NCBI GenBank assembly: GCA_965217035.1
Contig: OZ244226.1
Span: 2,276,146 to 2,340,145 of the forward strand
DNA length: 64,000 bases
Reading direction: 5' to 3'
Source of the DNA: Bacteriovoracaceae bacterium
GTDB lineage: Bacteria; Bdellovibrionota; Bacteriovoracia; Bacteriovoracales; Bacteriovoracaceae
This document shows positions 59,886-64,000 of this stretch, piece by piece. The notes beneath the pieces are model-generated. The model searched no databases. It saw only the letters and a list, made by a program, of their open reading frames with translations, and was not told the DNA's origin. A program made the translations under genes and the position numbers. The stretch's first letter is position 1; each line of letters begins with the position of its first letter.

Positions 59886-60596
59886 ATGCAACAAGTATAT
59901 ACACCTCCTTTAACCTATACTAATAAGATTATCATTATCTTTGCTGGTGTTCTCTTTTTTGTATCAGCTATTTTAAAAGTTTACGGAGGAGTCGATTTAA
60001 CTCTTCTTATGGGGCTTACTCCTTCCAAGTTCTTTGGAGGATACTTCCATCAAATTATTACTTATTCTTTTGTTCAAACCGGATTATTAGGAGCTCTTTT
60101 CAACTGTCTAATTGTTTGGTTTATTGGCGGAGACCTTGAGGTCAATTGGGGAAGAACTTTTTATCGAAAGTTTCTCGGGCTTACTGTTCTTTCAACAGGT
60201 GGTTTTTACCTTCTCGTGTCTCTATTAATCTGGGGAACAGAAGGGAGTTATACTTTTCTTGGTCTTCAGAGTTTGTGCCTTAGCTTACTTGTAGCCTATG
60301 CGATGGTTTATTCTGATAGATATCTTACATTTATGTTTCTTTTTCCCATGAAAGCGAAATACTTCTGCTTGTTGCTTTGCGTCCTAGAGGTTTATGGAGT
60401 TTTAACCTCTCCTTATGCTCAATCTGCTTGGGCCCACTTATTTGCCATGGCCTTTAGTTATGTTTATCTCAAAAACCTCTCAAGCAAGGCCCAGGGGAAG
60501 TCTTTTATGCCTAGGGGGCTCTTTAAGAAGTCTCAAAGAAAACGTCCGAAGCTTAGTATTGTAAAAGATGATGATAAACCCAAATATTGGCATTAA
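59886..60596 (+). CDS. Rhomboid-family membrane protein (catalytic Ser apparently absent)
   Basis: Q.ITY.F, LFN...W..G..LE..WG, F.FPMKAKY, AHL. Confidence 0.75.
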   Translation: MQQVYTPPLTYTNKIIIIFAGVLFFVSAILKVYGGVDLTLLMGLTPSKFFGGYFHQIITYSFVQTGLLGALFNCLIVWFIGGDLEVNWGRTFYRKFLGLTVLSTGGFYLLVSLLIWGTEGSYTFLGLQSLCLSLLVAYAMVYSDRYLTFMFLFPMKAKYFCLLLCVLEVYGVLTSPYAQSAWAHLFAMAFSYVYLKNLSSKAQGKSFMPRGLFKKSQRKRPKLSIVKDDDKPKYWH

Positions 60597-60645
60597 GCGT
60601 AAGCTGTGCTACTTCTTAGTTTTTGAAGAAATTAGGGAGGCCATC

Positions 60646-60801
60646 ATGCTTTTGAAGCAAGCACTTGAAGATAAATTAATGGATTACAGAGTTCGTGACC
60701 GTCTTTTAGAAGAAGGGAAAATCACTAAGGAAGAACTTGAAAAATTCATGAAAGATCTTCCAAATGATGAAGACAAGCTTCAAGAATCCAAAATAGATTA
60801 A
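60646..60801 (+). CDS. Small hypothetical protein
   Basis: Strong RBS GGGAGG; D.R..DR.L.EG.IT.EE...F...LP.D pattern. Confidence 0.7.
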   Translation: MLLKQALEDKLMDYRVRDRLLEEGKITKEELEKFMKDLPNDEDKLQESKID

Positions 60802-60808
60802 AAAGTAT

Positions 60809-62440
60809 TTACTCTTCTAATTTTTGATTGAGAGGAAATCCTTTTCTCAAATTATCTGGATCAACAGCGTTGATATATTCGTTTTGAAGAGACTCTCTTT
60901 TTCTCCAATTCTTATTCTGTTCACGTAGGGTTTCTCTGAATAATTTTTCTATTTCCAGATACTTTGAAAACTTAGGATGTCGCTCAATTGATCTAACTTT
61001 TTTCGTTGTATAATCACTTTCATTGGGCCCTTTAATCTGAACGGTGATTTCTAAGCCACTCTCAAGTTCTTCAAGAAACTTTTTCCCCAATTTTCTCTTT
61101 ATATATCTGAAATAGCAGTCTTCAAAATCCTCCGAGCGTCTGTCTGGATGACCAACATAGCTAGGATCAGTAGGGTTGAGGATATCAATGCAAAGTTGTC
61201 TTCGAGTTTTATCTGTAAGGAAAAAGTTTTTTAGAGTCGTGATTGCCGGTACTGAAACTCCAACAAATGTTCCCCCAAGAACAAGAATCCCATAACGTCT
61301 ATAAAAAAGAGCAAACTTGTCGAGATTGGAAACGAGAATTTCATAACCATTTTCGATAGCTTGTTGTTCACTTCTTAGTTTCTGTAATCTTGCGAGTTTT
61401 TGCTCTGGTGTTACCGCTTCTTTTCTTAAAAACTTAGGCGTCACTAAGTCAACAAGCTCTTTATGAGTTTCATGAAAACGAAGTTGGGAGAGTGCTAGAT
61501 CTGTTGGCTTCAAGAGATTGATTTCCGATTGGCGTTTTTCAATCGCTTTTAAAAGCTTATTTGTAAGGTTTTCACTTCTTTGCTTTGTAAGTCTTTCAAA
61601 AGCATTCGTTTTCTCAAGTAGGATCGAAAGTTCCATATAGTTTTCGAAGAACTCTACGGGCTTCTTCAGACCTTCTTGATCATAATAAGAATTAAGCTCT
61701 TTCCAGAGAAGTTCGAGTTTAGATCTTAAAACAGCTTGATTGTAATCAAGATTTAAAATACTTCCCTGATCAAGTGCAAGAGCACGATTTCCTGTAATTT
61801 TATTTATTTCATTATTAATAGCATTCATCAGATGAAGTTTTTCTTCTTCATTTGAAATATATCTTGTGTATTTACGGTCAAGAACAATTTTTTTATTTTC
61901 AAGCTTATAAAGATCGATGCGACGGTTATAAGTCGTAATTTTTTCAAGGTCTTTGAGTTGATTTTCTAATGAAACAACTCTTTCGAGTAATTGATCTTTA
62001 CTCTGTGTAAAGTTTTTATAATCTTTTATCCAAGATGTTATTGTTTCGGGGGCCATCTCAAAAAGTTGTTTAGTTGCTTGATTTTTTGAAAGCTCGGCAA
62101 TGTCTTCAGCAGATTCAGTAAAGAGTTTTCTATAATGATCAATCTGAGTGATAGAAAACTCTTGATCTTTTATATAATAAGCTGGGTAAATCCCTCTTTT
62201 TCTATTTAAGATTCTAAGTCTTCTTAAAAGCTTTTTTCTTTGTTTTGGACCATAAAGAAATTTTGATATTTTACTGAGTGTTGCTCTGATATTTGAGAGT
62301 TCGATAGCATCTTCATAAATTTCTTTAGATCGGGCCATAATTTGATCTTCATTTAAAGTACGAATTCTGCACTTATCAATAGAAAAAACTGAAGGTGAAA
62401 ACAAAAAAAGAATTAAAAATAATTTGTAATACATAGGCAT
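60809..62440 (-). CDS. Secreted/membrane coiled-coil hypothetical protein
   Basis: Signal peptide, long helical region, one TM segment near the C-terminus. Confidence 0.7.
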   Translation of the reverse strand: MPMYYKLFLILFLFSPSVFSIDKCRIRTLNEDQIMARSKEIYEDAIELSNIRATLSKISKFLYGPKQRKKLLRRLRILNRKRGIYPAYYIKDQEFSITQIDHYRKLFTESAEDIAELSKNQATKQLFEMAPETITSWIKDYKNFTQSKDQLLERVVSLENQLKDLEKITTYNRRIDLYKLENKKIVLDRKYTRYISNEEEKLHLMNAINNEINKITGNRALALDQGSILNLDYNQAVLRSKLELLWKELNSYYDQEGLKKPVEFFENYMELSILLEKTNAFERLTKQRSENLTNKLLKAIEKRQSEINLLKPTDLALSQLRFHETHKELVDLVTPKFLRKEAVTPEQKLARLQKLRSEQQAIENGYEILVSNLDKFALFYRRYGILVLGGTFVGVSVPAITTLKNFFLTDKTRRQLCIDILNPTDPSYVGHPDRRSEDFEDCYFRYIKRKLGKKFLEELESGLEITVQIKGPNESDYTTKKVRSIERHPKFSKYLEIEKLFRETLREQNKNWRKRESLQNEYINAVDPDNLRKGFPLNQKLEE

Positions 62441-62470
62441 AACTTTTTTAAATAGGGAATTTACTAAGGT

Positions 62471-62947
62471 TTATTGTATCACGAAGCGAGTAAAGAGAAC
62501 CTTCTGTATGATTTTTTTGCCAACTCTGATATTGATATTGTTTTTAATCCTCTCTGCGAGGAGAATTTTTCCTGATACTGTAGAGATTTGATCAGGAGTT
62601 AGGGCCGAAGCCGTTTCTATAATAATGCTTATAATTTGGTGTTTATAGCCATGCTTTTTGTCATCGATATCTGAGCGATAATTTTCTTTCATAAGAACCA
62701 AGTGAACTTCTGTATCAAGATAATGAAGGCGAGTTTTAGGAGAAAGAAGATTAATTGTCATCTTTGGAAGTGCATAAGGAGGACTTTTAGTTTCAGCAAT
62801 AGCAGTTTGATTGAATTCATTTAATTCAGCATTGGTATCGGTATAAGGTTCCATCTTGGACTGGGCATAGAAAACATAGCCGACTCCAGCAATAATCAGA
62901 ATATTCAATCCCAAAAGAATTTTGTCAAAAAGCGGTTTTCCCGTCAT
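62471..62947 (-). CDS. fliL: Flagellar basal body-associated FliL-family protein
   Basis: N-terminal TM, TINL, GK..L..RIK..IN, VLFTRFVIQ. Confidence 0.85.
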   Translation of the reverse strand: MTGKPLFDKILLGLNILIIAGVGYVFYAQSKMEPYTDTNAELNEFNQTAIAETKSPPYALPKMTINLLSPKTRLHYLDTEVHLVLMKENYRSDIDDKKHGYKHQIISIIIETASALTPDQISTVSGKILLAERIKNNINIRVGKKIIQKVLFTRFVIQ

Positions 62948-62966
62948 AAGGATAGTATATCAGATA

Positions 62967-64000
62967 TTAGAAGGGTAAGGGAGTATATGGAAGTTCTAAA
63001 TCTTTCGCAACTTGCTCATATACCAGATCACCTTTATAGGTATTGATGCCTTTCAAAAATACTGGATCAGATTGAGCAGCTTTATCAACTCCTAATCGTG
63101 CAAGTAATCGAGCGTATTTCAGAGTGACGTTTGTTAATGCAAAAGTGGATGTTTTTGGAACAGCACCCGGCATGTTAGCCACACTATAATGAACAACTCC
63201 ATCGACGATAAAAGTTGGATTTTCATGAGTTGTCGGTTTTGCTGTTGCGATGCAACCCCCTTGGTCGACAGCGATATCAACAACAACCGATCCTGGTTGC
63301 ATCTTGCTAATCATTTCTCTGGTTACGAGTTTAGGTGCTTTTGCTCCTGGAACAAGAACCGCCCCAATAACAAGATCAGATTGAACAACACATTCTTCAA
63401 TATGTTGAGGATTTGAAAATAAAGTGGTCAGGCGGTTTTCGAAAAGATCATCCATCTCTGCAAGTCTTTTCGCGGAGAGGTCAAGGACTGTAACATCAGC
63501 TCCAAGGCCCATTGCCATTTTAGTGGCATTAGTTCCAGCAACTCCACAACCAATGATTGTAACCTTAGCCCGTTTAACTCCAGGAACACCACCAAGTAAG
63601 ATACCTTTTCCACCTTTGTTAGCCTGGAGATACTGGGCCCCAACTTGAGTGGCCATTCTTCCTGCAACTTCAGACATTGGAACAAGGAGAGGAAGTGATC
63701 CATCTTTCTCTTGGATTGTTTCGTAAGCAATGCTGGTACAGCCCGATTTCATAATGCCTTCAGTAAGCTCTCGATCGGCTGCGAGATGAAGATATGTGTA
63801 AAGAATATGATGGGATTTTAATAAAGAGATTTCATTTGGCTGTGGTTCTTTTACCTTAATGATCATCTCTGACTTTTCAAAGACATCTTCAAGTGTTGCC
63901 AGCTTTTTTCCACCGACCGCGGTATATTCTTCATCGGATATTCCGATTCCAGATCCTAGTCCCGCTTGAAAGTAGACTTCATGCCCATCACCAACAAGAG
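62967..64000 (-). CDS. ald: Alanine dehydrogenase (5' part outside the window)
   Basis: [54 protein letters not shown]. Confidence 0.97.
   Translation of the reverse strand, partial: LVGDGHEVYFQAGLGSGIGISDEEYTAVGGKKLATLEDVFEKSEMIIKVKEPQPNEISLLKSHHILYTYLHLAADRELTEGIMKSGCTSIAYETIQEKDGSLPLLVPMSEVAGRMATQVGAQYLQANKGGKGILLGGVPGVKRAKVTIIGCGVAGTNATKMAMGLGADVTVLDLSAKRLAEMDDLFENRLTTLFSNPQHIEECVVQSDLVIGAVLVPGAKAPKLVTREMISKMQPGSVVVDIAVDQGGCIATAKPTTHENPTFIVDGVVHYSVANMPGAVPKTSTFALTNVTLKYARLLARLGVDKAAQSDPVFLKGINTYKGDLVYEQVAKDLELPYTPLPF

Noticed and set aside
1..64000. tRNA, rRNA, CRISPR array or prophage
   Set aside because: No cloverleaf, rRNA-like sequence, repeat-spacer array or phage gene recognised by eye; a covariance-model scan was not run.

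Overview
AT-rich bacterial chromosome segment. Gene content suggests a predatory Bdellovibrionota, probably Bacteriovoracaceae/Halobacteriovorax-like; this is inferred from a TIGR02147-type HTH protein, many secreted proteases and orphan lipoproteins, and stand-alone FliG-C/FliL/FlgT-like genes. It is mostly housekeeping genes (lnt, mltG, yqgF, rho-prfA-prmC, murA, guaA, dnaE, pgm, queC, cca, tatC, speE-speB, hldD, htpG, mce, ald) mixed with secreted orphan proteins. The most notable items are: (1) a CarH/LitR-like MerR repressor lacking the B12-ligating His, next to a short LOV blue-light protein, with an 11-bp-phased TnnACA operator; (2) an AT-rich island at about 39.6-43.7 kb, where a TIGR02147-family gene is flanked by two paralogous small secreted proteins and both divergent promoter regions carry the same TGTRNACA-N4-TGTRAACA box; (3) a dksA-family gene with sigma54- and sigma28-like promoters and a structured, GGA-rich (CsrA-type) leader; (4) two copies of an IS5-family element, one intact with an A8 frameshift site and one differing only by 115 bp of deletions; (5) an ECF sigma/NrsF pair with an exact GTAACC-N16-CGAA promoter; (6) many apparently leaderless genes. 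No rRNA, tRNA or CRISPR array was seen. All calls are by eye and motif recognition, without database searches.
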